From IMG/VR virus record IMGVR_UViG_3300029845_000007: 64,000 bases of DNA, one strand, 5' to 3'. The notes under the pieces are model-generated. The model saw only the letters and a program-made list of their open reading frames with translations, was not told where the DNA came from and made no database searches. Below are positions 29,989-39,979 of this stretch, one piece after another. This DNA comes from a virus. Made by a program: the position numbers and the translations under genes. Numbering within the stretch: position 1 is the stretch's first letter; every line of letters starts with the position of its first letter.

Positions 29989-30110
29989 TAGTAATAGAAG
30001 TCTAACTATTACTAATCAATAGATACGAAATAAGACAAAACTTTACGCTAACAATGAGCTATATGCTCACTTTTAATAATTAATTATTAATCATTTAAAA
30101 TTTTACAATT

Positions 30111-30866
30111 ATGGGACTTCAATTTGGATTTTCCGCAGTACAGAGTGGTAAGAGAGTAATGCAATCTAGTAACGAACCTACATTGACAGCTAACAGCACT
30201 AAAGCTAAGTTTAGTCTTACAGGTGCAGTTACTCGTATCATGGGTCTTGTTCCTGGCGATACAGTTCAGTTTATTAGTAATGTTGCTGATATTGATGCAG
30301 CTATTGCTGAACGTGATGCTGAAGTTGTTGCATGGTGCGAAGCTAACAATGTTGAATTTGGTACAGAAGCTGCTCGTGCTGCACTCATCCAAACCTTTAG
30401 CGAATATGGTATCTGTAAAGGTGTACCTTTGTTCGAGAAAGACGGTAAAGTTAAACTTGTTGGTGTTCGTATGACAGCTGAACAAAAAGCTGCTGCTTTT
30501 GAACTGAACAAAGAGAAGATTGCAGAGGAACTTGGCAAGTCAGTAGAAGAAATCACTATTGATGATTATTCTCCTGTTACTCGTGCTTACTCTGGTGCAC
30601 GTACTTCTACTTCTTCCAATCTTAATGGTGTTGGTTTGCCGTTAACTTTCTCTGATTCCAGTATGTGGAATGAATTGAAAGAGAATCTCGGTGAAGATGC
30701 AGAGAAAATCAACCGTGTATTCGAGGTTAAACTTAACGAACCTTTCTCTGTTGCTGTTGAAACTGGTAGAGTTATCGGTGACGAAAAAGAAACTGTTGAA
30801 GTTAGTGCTTACAAGATTGTCTTCCAGTCTGATGAAGAACCTTCTGTTCGTCAGTCAGCTAAATAA
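30111..30866 (+). CDS. hypothetical protein, monocistronic, with GC-richer codon usage (probably abundant)
   Basis: 251 aa. AT-rich upstream region and a perfect terminator directly downstream. Codon usage is visibly Ala/GC-enriched relative to its neighbours. Confidence 0.5.
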   Translation: MGLQFGFSAVQSGKRVMQSSNEPTLTANSTKAKFSLTGAVTRIMGLVPGDTVQFISNVADIDAAIAERDAEVVAWCEANNVEFGTEAARAALIQTFSEYGICKGVPLFEKDGKVKLVGVRMTAEQKAAAFELNKEKIAEELGKSVEEITIDDYSPVTRAYSGARTSTSSNLNGVGLPLTFSDSSMWNELKENLGEDAEKINRVFEVKLNEPFSVAVETGRVIGDEKETVEVSAYKIVFQSDEEPSVRQSAK

Positions 30867-30893
30867 GACTTCTTCCAGTAATAGCTAGATTAT

Positions 30894-30933
30894 AAAGAGC
30901 TAAATTCTTAATTGAATTTAGCTCTTTTTTATT
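30894..30933 (+). terminator. rho-independent terminator AAAGAGCTAAATTC-ttaatt-GAATTTAGCTCTTT-TTTATT
   Basis: Perfect 14-bp stem and T-rich tail, read directly. Confidence 0.75.
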
Positions 30934-31037
30934 GGCTATAATTTTGAAATTTATTATATTTGGAAACTTTGCAATAAACAATAGCAAGCCTGTACAACTT
31001 GTTATTGCTAGTATTAATCTTTATAAAAACAATTTTT

Positions 31038-32078
31038 ATGAGTACTCAAAAAGAAGGAACTGCCAAAGTAGATGAATCAGTAGTAAATCAACCAGCTAAT
31101 AGTGCTGCAACTACTGCTCCTAAAAAGCGTCGTAGAGGTATTAGTAATGAAACAAGAACTACTTCTCGTAAGAAGTTCTCTCACAAAGATGCTATTAATA
31201 ATCTTTGGTTATTTGTTGGTCATCTCCATGCTCGTGTTGCTTGGGTAACTATGAAGGAAGAAAGCAATATGCGTCCTGCATTTGCAGGAAAAGCTGTTCC
31301 ACAGCTTATCATTGAAGCTACTTCTCTTCATACCAATCCTATTGATGTTCGTGTTGCAAGTAAGACATTCTGGGCTTATGAAAGTAATGTTGACTATATT
31401 CCTGGCGGTGCTAAAGAGAAGTTTATTAATATGGACTTTGCTTGGATAAAACACTTCCTTGATGTAGTTGTATTCAAAGGTCGTGAAATGACTGGTGAAG
31501 AATCTGAAATGCTTGAACTTGGTTATGTTGATTATGACGATAATGGTCAGTATGAACCAGTTGAAGTAGAAGATGTTATCAAGGCTTGGGGAGTTCTGTT
31601 TGACAATGTAGTTAAACTTGTTGAAACAGGTGGTGAGAATGGTAAGTCTGCATTACTTGATAAAGTAGGCAACCAAAGACAGTTTTGGTTCAGACTTAAT
31701 CGTTACTACAAGAACAAAGGTGATTGGGCTTTCTCCGGTCAAGGTTCAGAAGAAGGCGACTTAGTATTTCCGAACATTGTCGGACAAGGTATCTTTGAAG
31801 AAAAGTTCATGTTAGATGCTACTCATTTCAAAGAACCTAGTCTTATGTTTGATATTACTAAGGAACGTATTGCTCCTATGGACGGTGTTCAATCAAAACA
31901 AAAGAAAGCTCCTAATCTTGCAGCTGCCCCAGGTATTGGTGGTATTGCAATGGGTGCAGGAATTGTTCAACCTAGTATGGGTGGTATGCCAAACTTTGGT
32001 GCAGCAGGTGGTTTTAATCCAACTGAAGGTTCTGCATTTGCTCCTGATTCAGAAGACAATGGTGGACTTCCATTCTAA
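31038..32078 (+). CDS. SSB-like protein (Gly-rich C-terminal linker with acidic tip ...SEDNGGLPF)
   Basis: 346 aa from ATG 31038 (the track start 30999 adds a hydrophobic artefact). The C-terminus GGIAMGAGIVQPSMGGMPNFGAAGGFNPTEGSAFAPDSEDNGGLPF mimics the bacterial SSB tail (DDDIPF). GC-richer codon usage. Own terminator downstream. Confidence 0.45.
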   Translation: MSTQKEGTAKVDESVVNQPANSAATTAPKKRRRGISNETRTTSRKKFSHKDAINNLWLFVGHLHARVAWVTMKEESNMRPAFAGKAVPQLIIEATSLHTNPIDVRVASKTFWAYESNVDYIPGGAKEKFINMDFAWIKHFLDVVVFKGREMTGEESEMLELGYVDYDDNGQYEPVEVEDVIKAWGVLFDNVVKLVETGGENGKSALLDKVGNQRQFWFRLNRYYKNKGDWAFSGQGSEEGDLVFPNIVGQGIFEEKFMLDATHFKEPSLMFDITKERIAPMDGVQSKQKKAPNLAAAPGIGGIAMGAGIVQPSMGGMPNFGAAGGFNPTEGSAFAPDSEDNGGLPF

Positions 32079-32107
32079 GTAATCCAAATATATTTCGTTA
32101 ATAATGT

Positions 32108-32140
32108 TATAAGCCTAGTGTAAAGCTAGGCTTATTTTAT
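32108..32140 (+). terminator. rho-independent terminator ATAAGCCTAG-tgtaaag-CTAGGCTTAT-TTTATC
   Basis: Perfect 10-bp stem plus T-rich tail. Confidence 0.7.
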
Positions 32141-32151
32141 CTAGTTATACT

Positions 32152-33285
32152 ATGCGTAGAGGAATAAGACAAGACTTAACAAAAGAGTTTATATTATCTA
32201 AGGTTAGTCAGGAAATGATTATGGCTAAGTATATGGGTATACCTGTATCAGTAGTTAATGATTGTGTTGAAAACAATGTTCTTATATGTTCTCCTTTACG
32301 TGTTGATAATCATCCAACATTTGGTTTTGCTTTTAATAAGAATCATAAGCTAAAAGCATGTGATTTTAATGGTTCTTTCTTTGGTGACTGTTTTGATTTA
32401 GTAGCTTATGTTCTAAGTTTTAAAACTGGTCGTCATATAAATGTTGCTAATAAGGCAGATTTCTATTATGTATTAAAGCACATAGCTTATACTTTCCGTA
32501 AGATAATATATGACGGAGAAGTTGACGATGAGAATGAAATCTTGCTTAAACAAGTAATATCTAAAATCAAAGCAAGTAAACCTATTATTGAAGTAGCTAC
32601 TAGAAGTTGGAATAATAACGATAAGAATATTTGGAAAAAATGGGGAATTGGTCTTCATTGGCTTAATACTCATTTTGTCTATCCTGTTGACCAAATGTAT
32701 ATTAATAGATATTGTCAACCTATTCCTAAATATAAGTATAAAGAATCTGACCCTTGTTATGCTTATGTTACTGGATTAGATAGTAATGGTATCTATAATA
32801 TTGAATGTTACTTTCCTCTTCGAGATAGAAGTAAGGGAGAAGTAAAGTTCATAACCAATCATAATGGTCTAGTTGGAATACTTAATCTTGATAAACCTAA
32901 GTATGATATAATTATTATAACTAAATCATATAAAGACAATCTAGCATTAAGTAATTGGTTACATTCCTATCCTTTAAGGGGGAATTTGTCAGAGTCTAAA
33001 ATAGGAGTAATTAATGTTACTTCGGAGAGCTACGTTCTTAAAGATTACGAATATAATTGGCTTCAATCTAAACTAAATGACGGTGGAATACTTGTTTCAT
33101 TCTACGACTGTGACCTAACTGGTGTACATGGTGCTCGCAGGTTACGTAAAGAATATGGTATTATACCTATTATTATTCCTAGAAGTTATGGAGCTAAAGA
33201 TTTCTCGGAGCTAATTACTATGTATTCTAAAGAAACTATTAATTTATTCATAGAACAAACAGAATCATTATTTGAATATGATTAG
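32152..33285 (+). CDS. DnaG-like DNA primase (zinc-binding domain plus TOPRIM)
   Basis: CSPLRVDNHPTFGF...C..FG-like zinc finger (compare DnaG CPFHxExTPSF). TOPRIM DxD in LVSFYDCDLTGVHGA. Confidence 0.7.
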   Translation: MRRGIRQDLTKEFILSKVSQEMIMAKYMGIPVSVVNDCVENNVLICSPLRVDNHPTFGFAFNKNHKLKACDFNGSFFGDCFDLVAYVLSFKTGRHINVANKADFYYVLKHIAYTFRKIIYDGEVDDENEILLKQVISKIKASKPIIEVATRSWNNNDKNIWKKWGIGLHWLNTHFVYPVDQMYINRYCQPIPKYKYKESDPCYAYVTGLDSNGIYNIECYFPLRDRSKGEVKFITNHNGLVGILNLDKPKYDIIIITKSYKDNLALSNWLHSYPLRGNLSESKIGVINVTSESYVLKDYEYNWLQSKLNDGGILVSFYDCDLTGVHGARRLRKEYGIIPIIIPRSYGAKDFSELITMYSKETINLFIEQTESLFEYD

Positions 33286-33814
33286 AGAAGAAGAATATAA
33301 GCCGCTACCTAAAGCGCAAGAAGAATTGCGAGTGATTAATTTTAATTCATTTGCACCATTGAGAAGAATAGCTATAAATAGTTTCGGTAATAGTGGAGCT
33401 GTTCATAGCTATTATTTTATGTACCCTTTAACAGATGAAGAAGAGAGTTACTTAAACCATATTAAGCAACAAATGATTGATAATCCTAATACATTGTTTC
33501 GTATTTCATTGTCTGACGGTACACCAATAGATTTCTCTAAGATAAAAATCTATGGTAACTTTGACTTTGATAATGAAGAACATATTGCGATTATTAAAGA
33601 ATACTTGGCTAAAGATTTGTACAGTTCTCATAAGATACCTAGAGAGTTCAATTATGAAGCTAATACTTCGGTATCTAAAGGAAACTTTATACAGTGGACT
33701 GAAAGTACTGATTATTTAAAGTGTTTCAAGTTCTATCATGCGAGAATAGGTAAACCTAAAAAGTATATAATTGTAAGACTTACAGCAAATGAAATTAGAT
33801 ACAAATCCGTTTAG
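33272..33814 (+). CDS. hypothetical protein
   Basis: 180-aa ORF, 14-nt overlap with the primase. Confidence 0.4.
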   Translation: MNMIREEEYKPLPKAQEELRVINFNSFAPLRRIAINSFGNSGAVHSYYFMYPLTDEEESYLNHIKQQMIDNPNTLFRISLSDGTPIDFSKIKIYGNFDFDNEEHIAIIKEYLAKDLYSSHKIPREFNYEANTSVSKGNFIQWTESTDYLKCFKFYHARIGKPKKYIIVRLTANEIRYKSV

Positions 33815-34301
33815 TTACGAATTAGATGAATCAGACATTAGGATGATTAGACATAACTGTAATACTAAAGGTATTCCTAATACTATTGCTAATTATCTTC
33901 ATGAATTAGATTTACCTAATTATCCTTATATTCAGACTATTCATTTCAGATATAAATGGATAATGGCAGCTCTCTTATATTTAGGATATGATAAAGAATC
34001 TCTTGAAAAGATTCATGAAGCTAATCTTAAATATGAAGAAACTCATCCTCCTATTATTTACGAAAAGAAAAGAGGTGGAACTAATAAGACTAGTGCTAAA
34101 CGAATTACTAAATCTTCCCCCATAAAGGAGTGTGGATTTGTTGCATCTTCTTCTAATGGTGGAAAATCCGTTGCAACTCCTGTCAATTCTAAAGTTAGAA
34201 TTATTGTTATTGAAACTAATAAGTCTATGATTATTGATAGAGAAGTTGCTATTGGTCTTATGCGTGAACAACCTAACAAATATAAAATTGAAGAACTATG
34301 A
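33789..34301 (+). CDS. hypothetical protein
   Basis: 170-aa ORF. Contains a motif copy (encodes SSPIKE). Confidence 0.4.
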   Translation: MKLDTNPFSYELDESDIRMIRHNCNTKGIPNTIANYLHELDLPNYPYIQTIHFRYKWIMAALLYLGYDKESLEKIHEANLKYEETHPPIIYEKKRGGTNKTSAKRITKSSPIKECGFVASSSNGGKSVATPVNSKVRIIVIETNKSMIIDREVAIGLMREQPNKYKIEEL

Positions 34302-35563
34302 GCGAATCGAAAAGTATTATTCTTTATAAGCGTAATGCACAAGGTAAACCAATCTTTTGGTCAGCTGAAATACTAGGACACAAGATTATACTAAAGTATG
34401 GTATTGTTGGTAAAGAAGGGACTACATCTGAATATGTTCCACCTAGAGGTGTTGAGAAAGAATGGAAAACTATTGTTGCAGCTAAGCGTAGAGAAGGAGG
34501 TATGGAACTGTCTGAATTATATGATGCAGCTCCTCAAGAAATACCTAATATTGAGGCTTTGAAACATTATCTTGATATGTATCTTCCTAAATACAATACT
34601 AATAATGAAGGATTTGTTCTTCCTATGCTAGCTAAGATATATGAATATAATAACGAACAAAACCTGTTAGCTCAAATTAAGATTAACGGTGTTCGTTGTA
34701 ATATATCAGCTGTTATGCGTGGTGAAGGATTCTTTAAAACTAAAGGTCTTGTATTTCATAGTCGTAAAGGACTTGAATATAAATGTCCTGTATTGGAGAA
34801 TGTATTGCTTGATGATGTTATTACAGACAAGCTATTCAATCGTATGTTAGAAGATAATCTAGTATTAGACGGAGAATTATATATTCCAGGTCTTGAACTA
34901 AATGATATTCTAAGTGCTGCCGAGAATCTTAAAAGTCCGTATAATCGTTTTCTTCAATTTTGGTGTTATGATTTAGCTATTGATGATATGATTCAAACTA
35001 GTCGTATATCATTATTGAAGACAGAGTTCGGTAAGTTTAAGATGCCTAATTACGTTAATGCTAAAGCTATTCTTGATTATCACATGAATAATAAGAATCG
35101 TTTCGTTCTTATTCATACTTATGATAATGTAAATGGAGATGAAGATATTATTAAGTATCGAGATATCTTTGTTAAAGCTAAGTTCGAGGGAGCTATTCTC
35201 CGAAATCCTTATGCTACATATCAGTTTGGTAAACGTAATTCTAATATGTACAAAAGTAAACCAATATTAGACGGTAAATTCGAAATTCTAGATATTATTC
35301 CTGAAGGAGCTAAACGACCTAACTTTAGTAAGTTTGTTCTTCGTAATGATATTAATGGTGAAACATTTGAATGTATGCCAGTTGGTGATGCTTCTACTCG
35401 TCAAAGTTATCTTATTAATAAAGACAAGTTTATTGGAAAGATAGCGTTTGCTGAATTTAGATGTAGGTCAGGTGTCAAGGAAGTCCCCTCACATGGAAAT
35501 GTTATAAAAATACTTGATAATGAGCCTACAAGATTACCAAATAATAACGAAGAAGAAAGTTAA
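34298..35563 (+). CDS. ATP-dependent DNA ligase
   Basis: Motif I KINGVR (KxDGxR variant). Motif III LVLDGELYIPG. Motif IV EGAILRNP. Motif V MYKSKP. Confidence 0.7.
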   Translation: MSESKSIILYKRNAQGKPIFWSAEILGHKIILKYGIVGKEGTTSEYVPPRGVEKEWKTIVAAKRREGGMELSELYDAAPQEIPNIEALKHYLDMYLPKYNTNNEGFVLPMLAKIYEYNNEQNLLAQIKINGVRCNISAVMRGEGFFKTKGLVFHSRKGLEYKCPVLENVLLDDVITDKLFNRMLEDNLVLDGELYIPGLELNDILSAAENLKSPYNRFLQFWCYDLAIDDMIQTSRISLLKTEFGKFKMPNYVNAKAILDYHMNNKNRFVLIHTYDNVNGDEDIIKYRDIFVKAKFEGAILRNPYATYQFGKRNSNMYKSKPILDGKFEILDIIPEGAKRPNFSKFVLRNDINGETFECMPVGDASTRQSYLINKDKFIGKIAFAEFRCRSGVKEVPSHGNVIKILDNEPTRLPNNNEEES

Positions 35564-35640
35564 TTATAATCAATCTTATATAGACTATAAGAAAAAGAAA
35601 CTGATAATAAAAGATATACATTTGAATAATAAACTAAAGA

Positions 35641-35873
35641 TGCTTATAATGTCTAAGTTCGACCCAATAGAAGGACAAGACGGTATGTATCTAGGTTTTG
35701 TTACAGATAATGTTCTAGGTCAATGCCGAAATGTATCTGTTTCTGATTATGGTTATTATTCTGTTTCTGCATCTGATATTATACAAGCTCTCGATGTTAA
35801 GTCAGATACTAATGTTAAGTTAGTAAAAGAAGAAGAGGATGATAACCTTGTAGTATATAAGTTGTTAAAGTAA
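35641..35873 (+). CDS. hypothetical small protein (internal start of track ORF 35514-35873)
   Basis: MLIMSKFDPIEGQDG... The upstream part of the track ORF overlaps the ligase 3' end. Confidence 0.3.
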
Positions 35874-35890
35874 GTCGTGGTTTGATTCTT

Positions 35891-35930
35891 GCCCTATCAT
35901 TAGTCGAAAGATTAGTGGTAGGGCTTTTTT
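35891..35930 (+). terminator. terminator-like hairpin GCCCTA...TAGGGC plus T6
   Basis: 6-bp GC stem with a long loop, followed by TTTTTT. Confidence 0.45.
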
Positions 35931-36133
35931 GTTGTTCCCTTGTAAAGCTAAGTGTTACTACTATATATTCTGATTGTGAGATAAATCGTTAGCTTATACT
36001 CAAAGAGGACTGTCGGAACGTATAAGAAACAACACTCCTTTATGGGGGAAATCAACGAGAATACCCGATATTTTGTCTCTGTACGATTTACTATGCCAAC
36101 CTTAACAACTATACTATTTTTGTCTTACGTTTA

Positions 36134-36508
36134 ATGACAAGCCTTAGAATCGTTTTTCTGCGTATGCTGAAAAACAGTAAGATTTTCTTTGGTCTAATAC
36201 TAGGATTGATTATATTTGTAAATGAAGTAATGGAGAAGAAGCAAATAAAAGCTAAATACATAGTTGTTAAACAACCTGACGATAATATTGCATATCGCAA
36301 TGTTATCAAGTTCTTATATATCGTAATAACTCGTGAAGAACTATCTAAGAAAATCGACAATTATCTTAACGGTAAGATTGAAAGGACTGCTGGTGTTTAT
36401 GCTCCTCTTGATTTGTTTAATCATATTATTAAGCATAGGAAAGTTTATTCCTACGAAGAAGCTAAACGTCGTGCACGTTATTTAAATAAAAAGTATGGAA
36501 GAAGTTAA
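36134..36508 (+). CDS. hypothetical protein
   Basis: 124-aa ORF. The preceding 30-aa ORF (36042-36134) starts at the ATG inside a motif copy. Confidence 0.35.
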   Translation: MTSLRIVFLRMLKNSKIFFGLILGLIIFVNEVMEKKQIKAKYIVVKQPDDNIAYRNVIKFLYIVITREELSKKIDNYLNGKIERTAGVYAPLDLFNHIIKHRKVYSYEEAKRRARYLNKKYGRS

Positions 36509-36827
36509 AAACACAGTCAGATTCGTTACTATTCCTAATTTTCCTAATTATTGTATAGGAGAAGACGGAAGAGTTTGGTCTGATAATCGTAAACGTTATC
36601 TTAAATGGTATCGTGGTAAAGGTTGCGAACGACCTCATGTCAAATTGTTTCACAATGGTAATAGTGCTAAGCTATTTATAGCTACTCTCGTTGCTCAAGC
36701 ATTTGTTACTAATCCTAAGCCTAATGTATATAAATATGTTAGGTATAAAGACGGTAACAGTGCTAACAATCATTATACTAATATTGAATGGTGTAGAAAT
36801 CAAACTGGAAGTAAATATGGAAAATAA
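36495..36827 (+). CDS. free-standing HNH/NUMOD4-type homing endonuclease-like protein
   Basis: N-terminal IPNFPNYCIGEDGRVWS (NUMOD4-like). C-terminal KDGNSANNHYTNIEW (HNH_3-like DGNxxNNxxxNLEW), with the first His replaced by Tyr, so possibly inactive. Confidence 0.55.
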   Translation: MEEVKNTVRFVTIPNFPNYCIGEDGRVWSDNRKRYLKWYRGKGCERPHVKLFHNGNSAKLFIATLVAQAFVTNPKPNVYKYVRYKDGNSANNHYTNIEWCRNQTGSKYGK

Positions 36828-37095
36828 AATAAAAAATGTTTTAGATATTATAGCCGAAATAAGTAAGAAAGATAAGAAGAAACAAGTATTCATTCTTATT
36901 AATCTTATAAATCAGTTAAAAAGTACTCGTATAGAGGCTAACAGCAATTATGAAGATTGTCAGCTTTCTTATGCTCGTAGAACAGATAATTATATTGATA
37001 ACTTTAAGCTGATGCTATTTAAGAAACGATTAGATTGTCTGGATATGATTATTGAGAACTTAGATTTTTATCTTGACGAATTATTAAACAAATAG
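36817..37095 (+). CDS. hypothetical protein (start moved to ATG 36817)
   Basis: MENKIKNVLDIIAEISKK... The longer track ORF 36691 overlaps the HNH gene. Confidence 0.35.
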   Translation: MENKIKNVLDIIAEISKKDKKKQVFILINLINQLKSTRIEANSNYEDCQLSYARRTDNYIDNFKLMLFKKRLDCLDMIIENLDFYLDELLNK

Positions 37096-37096
37096 T

Positions 37097-37402
37097 ATGA
37101 ATAGAGCTAAAATCTTTCAAAGTGTCATTAAAGGAACTAATGTATTTACTCCTATTATTGATAGTTATCATACTGTTGGTAATCACATTATTGAACTTAG
37201 TTGTTCCGAAAAAGATAATCAACATGGGTTATACAATAGAGAAGTTAATGGCATTAGCTTTAAAGGTACATATGGTGTGACTGTTATTACTAATAACGGT
37301 AATGGGTGGGAACGTAGTATTGAATTAGATAAATTATGTTATTCTCGTGAAGAAGCCATAGAATATATTAAATCATTAGGAGATAAAGAAGATGAAATTT
37401 GA
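37097..37402 (+). CDS. hypothetical protein
   Basis: 101-aa ORF. Confidence 0.4.
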   Translation: MNRAKIFQSVIKGTNVFTPIIDSYHTVGNHIIELSCSEKDNQHGLYNREVNGISFKGTYGVTVITNNGNGWERSIELDKLCYSREEAIEYIKSLGDKEDEI

Positions 37403-37554
37403 TAATCCTTATAGTATATTTCTTGATGATAGTCCTCTTGAATTAGTATTTCCTTCTAACAATAGTTACAAAGGAAGTTCTACTAAAGAAGGTTCTAATT
37501 CTAAAGCTATTGCTAAGAGACGTAAACGTAATAAGAATAAGAAAACTCATAGAA

Positions 37555-37887
37555 ATGCAAAACGGTGAAATAATTCCTATGCTTATTGCTAGGATAAAAC
37601 AGAACAATACTGATAACATGGTTATTCGTTCTAAACTTTATAGCTTATTAACCGATATTACTAATAAGTTTGATGAAGTTATTAGAGCTGTTCCTCGTAT
37701 CGAAGACTTTCAAAATATGTCTAATGAACAAGTACTTGAACATTATTATCTAAGTGTTGGTGCTGAAAGTCTTTGGGATTCTCGTGAGCTTATTATGAAA
37801 GCTATATCTGAACAAAATAAATTAATTAGAGAAGAATATGAAAAACCTAAAGAAGCTAGCAAAGAAACTATTAAAGATAAAGGATAA
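37555..37887 (+). CDS. hypothetical protein (start at ATG 37555)
   Basis: MQNGEIIPMLIARIKQ... A 58-aa basic ORF (37390-37566) lies upstream. Confidence 0.4.
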   Translation: MQNGEIIPMLIARIKQNNTDNMVIRSKLYSLLTDITNKFDEVIRAVPRIEDFQNMSNEQVLEHYYLSVGAESLWDSRELIMKAISEQNKLIREEYEKPKEASKETIKDKG

Positions 37888-37997
37888 AGAAGTTACTCGT
37901 TCATGCTCTAATTGTGAAAAGTACAGAAGTATGAGATGTCCTAATAGTTTCTATTGTTACAGTACTGAAAACAAACCGTTTTTTAAACCGAAACATA

Positions 37998-38771
37998 ATG
38001 GGAAATAGTTTATTTAGTATTAAAGCCGAGTTGCAGGATATTATCTTGCAACTCGAAGAAGGTGAAGCAACAGATGAACTTGTTGCAAAACTAGGTATTA
38101 CCGAAGATAATCTTAAAGATAAGATTGCTGATTATCTTCAAGTAATTAAACGTTATCAATGTGACGTTAAAGAATGTAATGACGAAGTTGCTCGTGTTAA
38201 CCAAATTAAGAAAACAAGAGATAATACTCTTAGACGTCTTAAAGATGCTGTTCTCGAAGCCGTTCTTATGTTTGGTTCTACTGGTAAGTCAGGTAATAAA
38301 GTTATTGAGGGTAGTACTTATAAAATCTATTCTCGTAATACAACTACCACTGTATTAGATGATATTCGTATCTCTGATATTATCCGACAGTTTGTAGATA
38401 TTGTTACCGAATACTTAGCGAGTACTGAAATTAAAGAAAGTCTTAGTATTGAGTATCTTGCTCGTATTATTAGTGCTCACATGAAAGCTGAAACTTCCCC
38501 CATAGAGGAGTCGGAAGATGTGCGATCTCCTTTCGTCGACGTAACTACTGATGATATATTTGCTATTGATACTGAAATAACTATTAATATACGTTTATCA
38601 GAACTAGCAAATGCTACTAATTTCAATCTTGTTCAATGGATTGGACAGAATCCTCATAGGGTAGAATTTAAATCTTCTACTAGTAAATCAGCTGTTGCAG
38701 CTAATTTAGATTTAAATGCTGACCTTACTATTGCTAAACAAGTACCTAATACATCATTAATAATTAAATAA
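37998..38771 (+). CDS. hypothetical protein
   Basis: 257-aa ORF. Contains a motif copy (TSPIEES). Confidence 0.45.
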   Translation: MGNSLFSIKAELQDIILQLEEGEATDELVAKLGITEDNLKDKIADYLQVIKRYQCDVKECNDEVARVNQIKKTRDNTLRRLKDAVLEAVLMFGSTGKSGNKVIEGSTYKIYSRNTTTTVLDDIRISDIIRQFVDIVTEYLASTEIKESLSIEYLARIISAHMKAETSPIEESEDVRSPFVDVTTDDIFAIDTEITINIRLSELANATNFNLVQWIGQNPHRVEFKSSTSKSAVAANLDLNADLTIAKQVPNTSLIIK

Positions 38772-38890
38772 TATGTTTGAAGTAGAAGATTGGGTAGAAG
38801 AACTTATCGAGAGAATTATGAATACTTATGGTTGTAATCGTAAACAAGCCATTGATTCAATAAAAGAAAATCTTTATTAAAAAGTTAGAT

Positions 38891-39979
38891 ATGCAATTTA
38901 ATTTTAGAGATTCAGATTATAGAATTAAGTACAAAGCTCGTGGAATTGCTTGGAGAGGAAAAATTGGAGTAGATGTTAGTGATTGTAAAACAACAGAAGA
39001 AGCTATTGTAAAAGCTAAACTTGATTATACAGTTGCTAAATGTCAATTGTCTGCAAAAATGCCAACACATGATAATGGTGTTAGTCGTGACGGTTCTATT
39101 TTTCCTAATATAGTTAACGGCTTTGAATTTGTTGATGTTCCTGGTGAGTTTGCAACTTATCGTACTGATACTAATATTCCTCTTGGGAAAGTAAAGTCTC
39201 GATACGAAGTAGTACAAAATCAAATGGCTTTTGGCTTCTTTGACGATGCTCTTGGTGGTAGAGTAAAACTTGACCGTGCAGGATATTTTGGTTATGGACA
39301 AAAGATATTTATGTCAGCAACATTTGATAAAGATATTAATATTGGTGGTAAAAATGATACTATCCAACATTATTTTGTCTTTACTAATAGTCATGACGGT
39401 GGAAGTGCTGTACAAATGATGATTACTCCTATAAGAGTTATTTGTATGAACGCACTTCATGCAGCTAGAATATCAGCTGAAAGTTATATATCTTTTAGAC
39501 ATAACAAAGGTGTTAATACTAAGATACTTACTGTTCCTGAAATACTTGGTCTTACCGAACGTAAGATAGAAGAGGAAGAAGATATGTATCGAGTATTATA
39601 TAAAACTAAAGTATCAGACGAAGAAGTAAAAAAATATCTCTCTGCAACTTTCCTTACGGGGGAAGAATTCGAGAGAGTAGATGAATTGTATTTATATAAC
39701 GGTTTGTTCCGTAGAGATAATTCTGCCTATGAAGCCTCTGGAATATCTATGCAGAAACTAAATACTCTCTGCGATTCTTTTGAATATTATCAGGAAGGCG
39801 TTGGTCAAAGACTAATAGCTGGTACAGCTTATGGTGCTTATAACGCTGTTACAGGTTATTTCTCTAACGTTAAAGAGTATAAGACAGAAGAACTTCGCTT
39901 GAAGAATACAGTATTTGAAGGCGACTACAATACTAGTCTTAAAGCTCTTAACTATGCTCTAGCTAATGTATGGGAATAA
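38891..39979 (+). CDS. hypothetical protein
   Basis: 362-aa ORF. Confidence 0.45.
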   Translation: MQFNFRDSDYRIKYKARGIAWRGKIGVDVSDCKTTEEAIVKAKLDYTVAKCQLSAKMPTHDNGVSRDGSIFPNIVNGFEFVDVPGEFATYRTDTNIPLGKVKSRYEVVQNQMAFGFFDDALGGRVKLDRAGYFGYGQKIFMSATFDKDINIGGKNDTIQHYFVFTNSHDGGSAVQMMITPIRVICMNALHAARISAESYISFRHNKGVNTKILTVPEILGLTERKIEEEEDMYRVLYKTKVSDEEVKKYLSATFLTGEEFERVDELYLYNGLFRRDNSAYEASGISMQKLNTLCDSFEYYQEGVGQRLIAGTAYGAYNAVTGYFSNVKEYKTEELRLKNTVFEGDYNTSLKALNYALANVWE

